From Dehalococcoidia bacterium (GTDB lineage: Bacteria > Chloroflexota > Dehalococcoidia > Bin125): DNA of 38,730 nt. This document shows, in pieces, positions 1-9,694 of the stretch. Within the stretch, counting starts at the first letter, position 1; each line of letters begins with the position of its first letter. The translations under genes and the position numbers were made by a program. The stretch is from contig CAUYZA010000002.1 in the NCBI GenBank assembly GCA_963577225.1, positions 1-38,730 on the forward strand. Reading direction: 5' to 3'. Below the pieces are notes generated by a model. The model saw only the letters and a list, made by a program, of their open reading frames with translations, ran no database searches and was not told the DNA's origin.

Positions 1-55
1 AGATCTGGGCCCAGGCCCAGAAACTCGAGTGGGGCGCGGTCTGGCCAGCGTGAAG

Positions 56-418
56 TCAGTCGAACACGACCTCGACCAAGGGAGCGCCGTCGACCCAGGT
101 TTGTAGATCGTCGTTGATCACCTCACGCAGTTCCTCGGCGGCGCCGAGGACGCGCGCCTTCTCGGCGGCGTCGGTCACAGCCACGGCCTGGGCCGGCAGA
201 TCGGCCTGCGCCGACTCCTTGAGATGGAACGTCATGGCCGGGTTGGCGAGCAGGTTCGCGTACCACGATCGAGGACCGGGCTGCCCGGTGATGTAGTAGC
301 GCCCGTCGACCCGGTGGTACCAGATCTCAATCCGCTTCGGTTCGCCGGAGTTGCGCCCGGTGGTCGTGATGTCGACAACCTTGTCGCTGGCAAGCGCTGC
401 TGTCGCTGCGTCGTCCAT
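56..418 (-). CDS. F420H2-dependent (deazaflavin) nitroreductase-family oxidoreductase, DUF385-like
   Basis: A 120-aa ORF starts at ATG 418 inside the longer track ORF 56..1069. The segment DITTTGRNSGEPKRIEIWYHRVDGRYYITG is typical of the Ddn/DUF385 split-barrel family. The upstream extension is an Arg/Pro-rich shadow that overlaps the next gene. Confidence 0.8.
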   Translation of the reverse strand: MDDAATAALASDKVVDITTTGRNSGEPKRIEIWYHRVDGRYYITGQPGPRSWYANLLANPAMTFHLKESAQADLPAQAVAVTDAAEKARVLGAAEELREVINDDLQTWVDGAPLVEVVFD

Positions 419-468
419 GGTTCTTTCTGCTTTCGGCTGGGCCTCTGGGGTTGGAGCCCCAAGGCTGA

Positions 469-1344
469 CTACTCGGCGTCCGCCCGGACGCGGGTCGCGG
501 CCGCGACTTGGTCGGCTCGCATGAAGTTGACCTGGTCGAACGACTGCATCGCTTGAATCAACTGCTCCACCATCGCCAGCCGGCCGGGCCGGCCAATGAT
601 GTACGGGTGCATCGTCAGCGTGAACGTACCGCCGCGCGCGTGGAATTCCTTGAACGCCGCGAGCCAGGTGTCGTAGACCTGCGCCGGCGAGGCCATCAGG
701 CGGCGCCCATCGGAGGGTCCAAAGACGAAGTAGGGGTAATCGTCCAGCGACCAGTGGATCGGGAGCTCCACCAAGCCGCTCTCCAGCAGGTGTGGCGCGT
801 CGGAGCCCATCAGGCTGGAGTCGTAAGCGAAGCCGCGCTCGGCGAGCAGGGCCTCGGAGTGCGCGCTCAGTTCCCAGGACGGGGAGCGGTAGCCAACCGG
901 CGCCTGGCCGGTGACGCTGCGCAACGACTCGATGCCGCGGTCCAAGACGGCCGCCTCCTCCTCGCGGTCGAGTGTGGCCGGCGGTTCGTGCAGGTAGCCG
1001 TGGTGCCCCACCTCGTGGTCCGCGGCGGCGACTCGCTCGACGATGCGCGGGTAGCGGTCGGCGATCCAACCGGGAATGTAGAACGAGGCGGGAACGCCGA
1101 CGCGCTCCAGCATCGCCAGCACGTGCGGCGCTCCCACGCTGGGCCCGTACTCGCCGAACGATCGTGCCGAGGGAAGATCTTCGATCCGCGGATTGCGGTT
1201 GATCATGCCCGACGGCCCATCGAGGTCGTAGGAGATGACGACGGTGCAGGTGCCCGCCGAGTCGGTCGGATTGAGCGAGGCGCCGCAGTGCAGGCAGAAG
1301 CGCTCGTCGTCAGGACGTTGGGCGGCGCAAACGTGGCACTCCAT
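469..1344 (-). CDS. polysaccharide deacetylase (NodB/CE4 family) with N-terminal zinc ribbon
   Basis: 291 aa, ATG 1344. The N-terminus MECHVCAAQRPDDERFCLHCG is a CxxC...CxxC zinc ribbon. The body carries CE4 hallmarks (ISYDLDG, HEVGHHGYLH, YRSPSWE, LTMHP). No signal peptide is visible. Confidence 0.85.
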   Translation of the reverse strand: MECHVCAAQRPDDERFCLHCGASLNPTDSAGTCTVVISYDLDGPSGMINRNPRIEDLPSARSFGEYGPSVGAPHVLAMLERVGVPASFYIPGWIADRYPRIVERVAAADHEVGHHGYLHEPPATLDREEEAAVLDRGIESLRSVTGQAPVGYRSPSWELSAHSEALLAERGFAYDSSLMGSDAPHLLESGLVELPIHWSLDDYPYFVFGPSDGRRLMASPAQVYDTWLAAFKEFHARGGTFTLTMHPYIIGRPGRLAMVEQLIQAMQSFDQVNFMRADQVAAATRVRADAE

Positions 1345-1368
1345 CGCTAGTCACCCATCGCTAGTCGA
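1341..1368. repeat. 14-nt tandem duplication at the stop/start junction of two genes
   Basis: CCATCGCTAGTC occurs at 1341-1352 and again at 1355-1366, giving a 14-nt period. On the minus strand this duplicates GAC-TAG-CG-ATG-G and leaves a mini-ORF (M-G-D-stop) between the LLM stop and the deacetylase ATG. Confidence 0.8.
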
Positions 1369-2284
1369 ACGCGGCCAGCACCTCGGCGTCGAGGCGCTCG
1401 TACAGGCGCGGGTTGTTGGGGATGCTCTGGAAGATCGCCTGGTCCGCACCGGCCTCTTCGTAGGCGCGGATCACGCTGATCACGTGCTCGGCGTTGCCGA
1501 TCGCCATCTGAGCGCGTTCCTCGTCGCTCGCTTGCGGCGCGAAGGTCTGGCGCAGCCGCTCGGCCTTCGCTTCATCGTCCTGCAGCGCGACGACCATGAA
1601 GGCGGTCTTGCTGATCTCGGCCGGATCGCGACCGACGTCGGCACAGTGCCGCTCCAGAACCTCGATCTTCTGACGCAGCACGGCCGGCGAGCCGCCCACG
1701 TTCATGATGTCGCCGTACTTGGCGAGCGTGCGCAGCGTTCGCTTTTCGCCGCCGCCGCCAACCATGATCGGAATCGGCTGCTGTCCGGACTGGCGTGGGG
1801 CGAAGGGGGCGTTTTTGAGCTGGTAGTAGTGCCCCTCGAAGTTGACCGGGCCGTCCGCCCTCAGCAGCGCGCGGATCAAGGCGCAGGCTTCTTCGAGCCG
1901 GTCGGAGCGCTCCTTCAAGCTGGGAAAGTCCCAGCCGTAGGCCTCATGCTCGCGCTCGTGCCAGGCAGCGCCGATGCCGAGGATCGCGCGGCCGGTCGCC
2001 ATGGCGTCCAGCGTCGCCGTCATCTTGGCGAGCAGCGCGGGGTTGCGATAGGTGTTGCCGCTGACGATCGTACCCAGCCGGAGCGTGCTGGTCACCGCGC
2101 CGATCCCGGCCAGGGTCATCCAGCCCTCCAGGCAATCGCCGGTCTCGTCCATGAAGGCGAGCGGCGGCACGAAGTGGTCAAAGGTCCAGGCGCTGTCCCA
2201 GCGGCCCTGGTCCATCACTTCGGCGACTGCTCGCATCTGTTCCCATGAGGTCTGGTTGCCCGGTATCTGCGTTCCAAACAGCAC
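1361..2284 (-). CDS. LLM-class F420-dependent oxidoreductase (luciferase-like monooxygenase family)
   Basis: 307 aa, GTG 2284 preceded by GGGAGG. The motifs WDSAWTFDHF, GTIVSGNTYRNPALLAK and ILGIGAAWHEREHEAYG match the LLM F420-dependent subfamily. Confidence 0.85.
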   Translation of the reverse strand: MLFGTQIPGNQTSWEQMRAVAEVMDQGRWDSAWTFDHFVPPLAFMDETGDCLEGWMTLAGIGAVTSTLRLGTIVSGNTYRNPALLAKMTATLDAMATGRAILGIGAAWHEREHEAYGWDFPSLKERSDRLEEACALIRALLRADGPVNFEGHYYQLKNAPFAPRQSGQQPIPIMVGGGGEKRTLRTLAKYGDIMNVGGSPAVLRQKIEVLERHCADVGRDPAEISKTAFMVVALQDDEAKAERLRQTFAPQASDEERAQMAIGNAEHVISVIRAYEEAGADQAIFQSIPNNPRLYERLDAEVLAAFD

Positions 2285-2334
2285 GCCTGCTGCCTCCCGT
2301 CTTTCCTGCTACCCGATGCTTACCGCTGCCTGCC

Positions 2335-3090
2335 CTACCACTGCTTCCCGATGCCGCCGCGCGCTCCGTAGAAGCCGGACGGCCAGTTGCGACCGGTGAC
2401 CATGGCCTTGTCGATGTCCTCTTCCGTCGCGATGCCAGCTTCGACGATCGCGTCGGCCTCGCGCCGCGCGGCCGCGAAGATGCGGTTGAGCAGGAAGCCG
2501 TACGTCTCCGGCGCGTCCTTCACCATCGAGACCGCTTTCCCCGTCGCCTCCGCCAGCTCGCGTGCCGAGTCGATCGTGTCCTCGCTGGTTTCGGATGTAT
2601 AGATCACCTCGCACATCTTCATCGTGGGCACGGGGTTGGAAAAGTGCATGCCCACGACGAGCGGCTTGCGCGCCTCAGCGACATCGCGAGCGATGTCGGC
2701 GATCACGAAGCCAGACGTGTTCGAGGCGAAGATGGCCTCCGGCTTGACCGCCTGATCCAGCTCCTTGAAGACCTCCTGCTTGAGCTCGAGCTTCTCGGGC
2801 ACCGCCTCGATCACGATGTCGCAGTCCGCCAGGCCCTCGATCTCGGTGGTGAACGAGATCCGCTCCATGGCGGCCATCGCGTCGTCGAATTTGAGCTTGC
2901 CAATCTCGACGGCGCGCTTGATTCCCCACTTGCTCTCGAACAGCGATTCGCGTGTCGCGCCGATCATCTCGTCGCTGATGTCGCGCACGACGACGTCGAA
3001 GCCGGCGATCGCCGCGACCTGTGCGATCCCGCCGCCCATCACCCCACCGCCAAGTACCCCCACGGTTCGGATCTGATCGAATTTAATCAC
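2335..3090 (-). CDS. 3-hydroxyacyl-CoA (3-hydroxybutyryl-CoA) dehydrogenase family protein, short C-terminal domain
   Basis: 251 aa, GTG 3090. It has the Rossmann motif VGVLGGGVMGGGIAQV plus ASNTSG and GMHFSNP. The C-terminal domain ends about 55 aa after GFLLNR, and the stop lies only 50 nt from the next gene, so the shortness is not caused by a frameshift. Confidence 0.85.
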   Translation of the reverse strand: MIKFDQIRTVGVLGGGVMGGGIAQVAAIAGFDVVVRDISDEMIGATRESLFESKWGIKRAVEIGKLKFDDAMAAMERISFTTEIEGLADCDIVIEAVPEKLELKQEVFKELDQAVKPEAIFASNTSGFVIADIARDVAEARKPLVVGMHFSNPVPTMKMCEVIYTSETSEDTIDSARELAEATGKAVSMVKDAPETYGFLLNRIFAAARREADAIVEAGIATEEDIDKAMVTGRNWPSGFYGARGGIGKQW

Positions 3091-3209
3091 CTGCTCCTGT
3101 CGTTTCGCCGTCGCATACTACCGCACCGGGTGCCTCAGAGCGGCCCGCCGCGACCTTGGGAAGCGGCGCAGGCCAAACCGTCGACTTGTGCCGCTCGTAC
3201 GAGCCACTA

Positions 3210-5062
3210 ATGATCTCATCTCACGTCATCCCCTTGCCGAACAGAGTTCGCTCACGACGGTTGCTGGCGTTCGGGATAGCGTTGACCGCGGCGCTAGCGG
3301 TCGCGTGCGGGGGCGGGTCCGATCGAGCGGCCGCCGGTACCGAAGCCGGTGTGTCGAGCAGCGACGCCACAGCGACAATCGCCGCCGCGGCGACCGACGC
3401 CGGCGCCGAGCAGGATCCGGTCGCGAGCGACGAGCTGGTTGCCTATTTCGATCAGATCCAGACACTCTTCCGTGAGTACAATGCGGTCTGGGACGAACTG
3501 GATGATGCCCGGACGGCCAATGAGGATCTCGTCGTTTGGTTCAGTGATCTCTTCGCGGGCAGGGCGCCGTTGCAGCGCGACTTCCTGACGCGATTCGACG
3601 AGATCCGTCCGCCGTCGGAGGTGGCCGTGATCCATGCCGACATCCTCACGACCGGGTCCGCATTGGAGCTGGCGAGTGATGATCTCGCCGCGAGCCTGGG
3701 CGCGATCGGGACCCTGCAGGAGCTCCAAGCACTGCAGGAAGATCTCGAAGTCGGCGCCGACGGCTACGGCCTTCTATTGCGAGACTTCAACGTCGCCTGT
3801 TTCCCCTTGCGGGGGGTCGCGGGCACGCACGAGATCCCGCTCGACGTCCCATTCCGCTGCCCGACTATCCCCCGCTTCGACCCCGACGCGCCGCTTGTGG
3901 CCCAGCCCGAACCTCTCCCTCCGATCGATCACGACCCGTTCCTCGCTGCCGATGTCGACGAGACCGCCTTCGGCGACGCCGTGATTCGAGACAGCTCCGT
4001 GCCCGACTTCGCCCCGATCGACTGGCGCACGGATTGGGGCGTGCGCACGGTGGAGTTCTTCGAGATCTCGCCGGGGGTCCACCGCGTGACGGCATTCCCT
4101 CGCTGGACTCGCCGCATTTCGTGGACGTGGCCGCGGCGGATGAGATCTACCAGGACAACTCGCCCGTGATCCAGCTTGAGGTCAACGGCGATGTGCGCGC
4201 CTACGGCCTGGACATCCTGGTCTGGCACGAGATCGTCAACGACGTGGTGGGTGGCGTTCCCGTCGCGGTCACCTTCTGTCCGCTCTGCAACTCCGCGATC
4301 GCGTTCGACCGGCGGCTCGGCGCGGAGGCGTTCGAATTTGGTACGCCTGGCCTGCTGCGCAAGAGCGACCTCGTGATGTACGACCGCACCACGGAGTCGC
4401 TCTGGCAGCAGATCGGCGGCCGCGCCATCGTGGGGCTCATGGTGGGCGCGCGGCTGGAGCCGTTGCCCGCTCCGGTCGTGTCCTGGGGCCAGTTCAAGAA
4501 GTCGTTCCCCGACGGCCTCGTGCTTTCGCGGCTGACTGGTTTCGTCTTCCCCTACGGCGAGAACCCGTACACTGGCTACGACAGCTTCGAGCAGCCCACG
4601 GACACCAGCCTCGACGGGACCAGCAGCGGCGGCGACGACCGCCTCAGCGTGTTCGACCGCGTCGTCACGATCGAGGCGGGTGCCGACGTGGTGGCCTACC
4701 CGTTCTCCGCACTGCGTGAGAAGCGTGTGATTGAGGACGAACGGGACGGGCGTCCACTGGTCGTCTTCTGGACGCCGGGAGCGTCGTCGGCGTTGGACCA
4801 GGCACTCGTTGACGATGGCCGCGGCGTCGGCTCGACGGGGGTCTTCGAGCGCCGTTTGAATGGGGAGTTGATGGTCTTTCAACCCAACCCGGACGATGCC
4901 CAGACGTTTATCGATCAGGGGACGGAGTCGACTTGGAACGTCTTCGGTCGTGCGGTGGCGGGGCCGCTGACGGGGGCGCAGATGGAGCCGTTCGTGCACG
5001 GCAACCACCTCTGGTTCGCCTGGGCCGCGTTCCAGCCCGACACGATCGTCGTGCGGGGCTAA
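3210..5062 (+). pseudogene. lipoprotein with C-terminal DUF3179 domain, split by a 1-nt frameshift as assembled
   Basis: As assembled there are two overlapping ORFs. ORF 3210..4169 begins MISSHVIPLPNRVRSRRLLAFGIALTAALAVAC, a lipobox-like signal. ORF 4034..5062 contains GGPPRDGIPSLDSPHF and FCPLCNSAIAF, which mark DUF3179. The first frame reads ...DWGVRTVEFFEISPG and then loses coding character. Adding one G to the G5 run at 4073-4077 gives FFEISPGGPPRDGIPSLD, which is continuous. Confidence 0.75.
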
Positions 5063-5246
5063 CCGGCCAACGAACACTGCCGATCTTGGCCCGTCCGCAG
5101 CGCGCCGGACGCCGTTTTCGCGCTGCAGCCGCTAGGTGTCGCATCCACGTCCCTGTTCGTAGTCCGGTACCCTGCGAAGGTATCCGTCCCCTGGTCAGGA
5201 GGCGGGCTCCGAGCGGCGCCTGGCGCCGCCGGGGGCTGAGGCAGCG

Positions 5247-8246
5247 ATGCTGGATACCGCCCTCAAGCGCAAGCGGCTGATCGGCATGCTGTTTCTCGGC
5301 GTGCTCCTAGCCCTCTTTGTGAGCTTCAACCGCGCGCCCAAGCTGGACACGGTGCGTGAGGACATCGACATCACCGCCGGTGTTGCCATCGCCGAGCGCG
5401 CGGAAAACTTGCCGACCAGTGCTGAAGTCAGTGCCGCCGGTGCGGGTCTGGGCAATAGTGCCGCGGCGCTGGCGCTGCTTTGCTTCCAGGGCTTCTGCGC
5501 CCGCCCGGCTCCAGAGACTTCCTTTGCTTCGCGCTGGTGGGACTTCTCCTCCGAGTACCTCCAACTTGTCACGATCGGGATGGTGTTCGCGTTCCTCGTC
5601 GCCGGCTTGACTGAAGTCTTCCTCTTCCCGCGCGACCAGATGGCGGGATTCCGGGCCACCGGTTGGAAGGGCTCCTTACAGGGGATCCTGGTTGGCGCGC
5701 CGATGACGCTCTGCTCGGCTTGTATCGTTCCCATCGCGAACGCGCTGGGCCGGGGAGGTGCGCGGGCGGAATCGATCGTGGCGACGGTGCAGGCTTCGTC
5801 GACGCTCAACTTGCCCGCTTTGATCATGCTCCTCGTCGTCTTCACGCCCACCATGGCTGGCGCTCGAATCGGGATTAGCGTGATCGGAGCGCTGGTGTTG
5901 GGGCCGGTCGTCGCGTACTTCGCCGGCCGGCACGGCCACGATGCCGAGCCGCCGATTCCCGTCGTGGAGTTGCCGGAGGATCGGGCCTGGTGCTCCGTCC
6001 TGCGCAACGGCCTGCGTGACTGGCCTCGCGCCTCGCTCGGCTACTTCATTCGCCTGGGCCCGATCATGGTGATCGCGGCGCTGCTGAGCGGCTTGGTGAT
6101 TCAGTTCGTCGACGAGTCCACGGTCCAGCAATTCCTCGGCAACAACGTGCAGGGCATCGCTCTCGCGGCGTTGATCGGCATCCTGATCAACGTGCCGCTG
6201 CTCTTTGAGATCCCGCTGGTCGCGTTGCTGCTGGTGATCGGTATGGGCGAGGCGCCCGCCGCGACGATGCTCTTCACGGCCGCCGCCGGCGGGCCGATCA
6301 CGTTCTGGGGGCTCGCGCGTGTCCTGCCCAAGCGCGCCGTGTTCAGCTTCGGAGCGGGGACCTGGGCGCTAGGCGTGGCAGCCGGCCTCGGGGTCTTGGC
6401 GCTGATTGCCACCGGCGCCGTGGGGGAGATCGGCTTGCGCGACGGGGTGGTCGCGGCGGCGTCGAGCGAGGAGGAAACGGACGGCGATGCAGAGAATGTC
6501 GACGACGTGGAAGCTGCGCCGAGCGCAGACCAGGCGGAGGCTACCATGCAGCTCCCAAGCGACTGGGATGGCCCGACGTTCAGCGAGGTGAGCGCCGAAG
6601 CTGGGATCGACTACCGACAGCTGGCCTCCCTCGAGGCGGGCCAGTGCGTGATGCCGGGGCTTCGGTTCTGCGAGACGGACGGGATGACGGGCGGTGCCGC
6701 CACCGCAGACTACGACAACGATGGCTGGCCCGACCTCTACGTGACACGGCTGGACGGCCCTGATCTCTTATATCGCAACCTGGGCAATGGCCGCTTCGAA
6801 GACCGCACTGCGGACGCCGGTCTGGACATCGACCTGGCGACCAACGGCGCCGTCTGGGGCGATTTCGACAACGACGGCGACGCCGACCTGTTCGTGACCA
6901 CGATCGGCTTCACCCGTTTCCACCTCTTCATCAACGACGGCGCGGGACACTTCAGCGAAGAGGCAGTCGATCGTGGCGTGGCGGTGGACACCGGGGAGCA
7001 GCATATCGGCTTCAGCGCCGCCGTTGGCGACTTCGACCGCGACGGCTGGTTGGACCTGCACACGACGGAGTGGGGCTCGTACCAGTTCCTCAATGGCGCA
7101 CCCGCGCATGCCCGCCTTTTGCGCAACCGCGGGGCGGAGGCGCCGGGCTACTTCGAGGATGTGACCCAGACGGCCGGCGTCGCGCAGGACGATGTGGTCT
7201 CGCAGACCGGGTTCGAACGACGGCGCGGCGCGTACGCGTTCGCTTCCGCCTTCGTCGATCTCGATAACGACGGCTGGCCGGACCTGGCCATCGCCTCCGA
7301 CTTTGGCAAGAGCCGCCTCTATTGGAACAATCGTGACGGGACGTTCACGGATGGCACCCTGGCCGCGCCTGTGGGCTCGGACGAGAACGGCATGGGCTCC
7401 ACGTTCGGGGACTACGACGGCGACGGGGATCTCGACTGGTTCGTGACCTCGATCCGCGATCCTGATTTCCTCTGCGCGGGCTTCCCGGCCACCGGGGATA
7501 CCGACGGTGCGCTGGAACAGCAGTGCGAGTGGGGATCGACAGGTAACCGCCTCTATCAGAACGACGGGCAGCGCGGCTTTGTCGATGTCACGGATGAGGC
7601 GCAGGTGCGCGACGGTTTTTGGGGCTGGGGCGCGGTCTTCCTCGACTTCGATAACGATGCGGACCTGGACCTGGTCATGACGAACGGCGTCGATTTACCG
7701 GGCACCGGACCGCACGCGGCCTATCGCACGGATCCGATGCGTCTCTGGGCCAACGACGGGCGTGGCCGGCTACAGGAGCTCTCGTTAGTCGCGGGAGTCA
7801 CGGGCACTGCAGCCGGCAAGGGGCTGCTGACCTTCGACTATGACCGCGATGGTGATCTGGACGTGTTCGTCGTCAACAACGCGGGCGCCCCGGCGCTCTA
7901 CCGCAACGACGGCGGCAACGAGAGCTCCTGGCTCCGTGTTCGCGTCGTGGGGGAGCAATCGAATCGCGACGGCGTTGGGGCACGCCTTGAGTTGCAGGAC
8001 ACGGCGGCGTCAGCTGTCCAGCTGCGCGAGGTCGGCGTGCGCAGCCACTTCCTGGGGCAGAGTGAGTTGACCGAACACTTTGGACTGGGCTTCGGTGCCA
8101 CAAGCGTAGCGATGCTGACAGTGACCTGGCCGGCCTCGGGTCTGACGACCGTGCTGCGTGACGTGCCGGCCAACAGCACGATCGTGGTGCGTGAAGGCGT
8201 GGACAGCTTCGTCATCGACACCGTTGCCCAAGCTGCCGTCGGCTGA
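5247..8246 (+). CDS. fusion protein: polytopic UPF0718/ArsP-type permease domain + CRTAC1-like FG-GAP/VCBS repeats with ASPIC/UnbV C-terminus
   Basis: 999 aa, ATG 5247. Residues 1 to about 400 contain many hydrophobic spans and GAPMTLCSACIVPIANALGRGG. An acidic linker follows (SSEEETDGDAENVDDVEAAPSADQAEA). The rest carries FG-GAP/VCBS repeats (GDFDNDGDADLFVT, GDFDRDGWLDL, VDLDNDGWPDLAIA, GDYDGDGDLDWFVT, LDFDNDADLDLVMTNG, FDYDRDGDLDVFVVN) and ends with WLRVRVVGEQSNRDGVGARLEL...GQSELTEHFGLG. Confidence 0.85.
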   Translation: MLDTALKRKRLIGMLFLGVLLALFVSFNRAPKLDTVREDIDITAGVAIAERAENLPTSAEVSAAGAGLGNSAAALALLCFQGFCARPAPETSFASRWWDFSSEYLQLVTIGMVFAFLVAGLTEVFLFPRDQMAGFRATGWKGSLQGILVGAPMTLCSACIVPIANALGRGGARAESIVATVQASSTLNLPALIMLLVVFTPTMAGARIGISVIGALVLGPVVAYFAGRHGHDAEPPIPVVELPEDRAWCSVLRNGLRDWPRASLGYFIRLGPIMVIAALLSGLVIQFVDESTVQQFLGNNVQGIALAALIGILINVPLLFEIPLVALLLVIGMGEAPAATMLFTAAAGGPITFWGLARVLPKRAVFSFGAGTWALGVAAGLGVLALIATGAVGEIGLRDGVVAAASSEEETDGDAENVDDVEAAPSADQAEATMQLPSDWDGPTFSEVSAEAGIDYRQLASLEAGQCVMPGLRFCETDGMTGGAATADYDNDGWPDLYVTRLDGPDLLYRNLGNGRFEDRTADAGLDIDLATNGAVWGDFDNDGDADLFVTTIGFTRFHLFINDGAGHFSEEAVDRGVAVDTGEQHIGFSAAVGDFDRDGWLDLHTTEWGSYQFLNGAPAHARLLRNRGAEAPGYFEDVTQTAGVAQDDVVSQTGFERRRGAYAFASAFVDLDNDGWPDLAIASDFGKSRLYWNNRDGTFTDGTLAAPVGSDENGMGSTFGDYDGDGDLDWFVTSIRDPDFLCAGFPATGDTDGALEQQCEWGSTGNRLYQNDGQRGFVDVTDEAQVRDGFWGWGAVFLDFDNDADLDLVMTNGVDLPGTGPHAAYRTDPMRLWANDGRGRLQELSLVAGVTGTAAGKGLLTFDYDRDGDLDVFVVNNAGAPALYRNDGGNESSWLRVRVVGEQSNRDGVGARLELQDTAASAVQLREVGVRSHFLGQSELTEHFGLGFGATSVAMLTVTWPASGLTTVLRDVPANSTIVVREGVDSFVIDTVAQAAVG

Positions 8247-8249
8247 ACG

Positions 8250-9569
8250 TCACTCGCGTTTCTGGTCGGCCTGCGCGTTAGGTGGGGAGCGAGGTTCGTC
8301 GCGTGACTCGCGGTTCGGTCCCCGCGCGGCGGATCGGTCGTTCGATGACAGCTCGGCGGCCGGCCTGAGGGTCTCTCGCACGAAGACGATCATGATTCCC
8401 GCCCCCACCAACCCCACACCGCCCACCATGAACGCGGCGGCGCTCAACGTCGCGGCCTGCGTGACGAAGCCGATTGTGAACGGCGATGCAACTCGACCGA
8501 GGTCGCCCATCAGACGCCACGCGCCGAGGAACTCGGCCGGGCGGTCGCGCGGCGCCAGATCCGTGCCCAGCGTCATATTGATCCCGCTGCCCAGGCCGTT
8601 GCCCACGCCCGCCAGCAGGCCGACGACCAGCAGCCAGCCGAGCGAGTCCGCCGTGGGGATGAGCGCGATAGCCACCGCGAGGACGAGGATGCTGGGCACC
8701 GCCGACCACTTGCGCCCGAAGCGGTCCATCACCACCCCGACCGGGTAGAAGAATGTCATGTCGATCGCGGATCCCACGCCGAAGATGATCCCGATCTGAG
8801 CGACATCGAGTCCGATGTCATCGCCCCGCAGCGGGATCAGGATCTCGCGCGCCCCCCGCAGCAAGGCCAGCGCCACCATCACACTGCCCGCGGTGAGGAA
8901 GGTGCGCCGATGCTGGACGACGGTGCGGCCCACGCGTCGATAGATGCTGACGTCCGGTTCAAGCGGGGCCGCGAGCTGGGAGCTGGGCATGAAGGCGATC
9001 ACGAGCCCAACCGAGGCGGCGCAGGCCACCGCCTGGAGGATGAACGTGGCGCCAAGCCCCCACTGCAAGCCGATGAAGCCGCCCAACACTGGACCCACGA
9101 AGAGTCCGATGCGATGGGTCCCGCCGATCAACGAGAGCGCCCGTCCCCGGCGTCGCAGGGGAACGCGTTCGGCCATGAACGCGAGCCGTGCCGTCATGAA
9201 TAGGGCAGATCCCGCCCCGATAATCAGCACAGCGATCGCCAGCGCGGCCGCCCCGTCGCTCAGAAAGCCGGCCACCCCGGCCACGACGAGTGCGATTCCG
9301 GCTACCCCGATCGTAGGGCGGTGTCCGAAGTGGGCGCTGGCCACACCGGCCGGGACGTCGAGCACGGTCATGCCGATCGCGCGCATCGCCACGACGACGC
9401 CAACGAGCCCGTCGCCAGCGCCCAGGTCGCGCGCGAGCAGAGGGATGACGGGGGTGACGGCGCCAATCCCCACCGCGAAGAGAAAGGTAGGCAGGTAGAC
9501 CGGGAGCGTCAGGTCGTGCAGCCGGAAGTCGGCGGGCCGGGAAGCGGGATCGGAAGGGGAACTGGGCAC
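8250..9569 (-). CDS. MFS transporter
   Basis: 439 aa with about 12 hydrophobic segments and an MFS loop motif (ERVPLRRRGRALS). The proposed start is GTG 9569, which is uncertain. Confidence 0.85.
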   Translation of the reverse strand: MPSSPSDPASRPADFRLHDLTLPVYLPTFLFAVGIGAVTPVIPLLARDLGAGDGLVGVVVAMRAIGMTVLDVPAGVASAHFGHRPTIGVAGIALVVAGVAGFLSDGAAALAIAVLIIGAGSALFMTARLAFMAERVPLRRRGRALSLIGGTHRIGLFVGPVLGGFIGLQWGLGATFILQAVACAASVGLVIAFMPSSQLAAPLEPDVSIYRRVGRTVVQHRRTFLTAGSVMVALALLRGAREILIPLRGDDIGLDVAQIGIIFGVGSAIDMTFFYPVGVVMDRFGRKWSAVPSILVLAVAIALIPTADSLGWLLVVGLLAGVGNGLGSGINMTLGTDLAPRDRPAEFLGAWRLMGDLGRVASPFTIGFVTQAATLSAAAFMVGGVGLVGAGIMIVFVRETLRPAAELSSNDRSAARGPNRESRDEPRSPPNAQADQKRE

Positions 9570-9694
9570 GATCGCAGTATGTCGGATCGCGGTTCGCCGT
9601 CCATCAGGGGGACGGAACGGGTTCGCCTGGATTTGGATGCGGGCGGCCTGGGGGCGGTGCTCCGGGTGGCCGCTCCGGCTCTTCTCGATCAGCC

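Noticed and set aside
56-1069. The 337-aa track ORF as one long gene.
   Set aside because: Only the last 120 aa (from ATG 418) resemble a real family. The upstream 217 aa are Arg/Pro/Gly-rich and overlap the well-supported deacetylase gene in another frame.
2335-3090. Short C-terminus of the 3-hydroxyacyl-CoA dehydrogenase as another frameshift.
   Set aside because: Only 50 nt separate its stop from the next gene's start, and no alternative frame there continues the domain. The truncation appears native.
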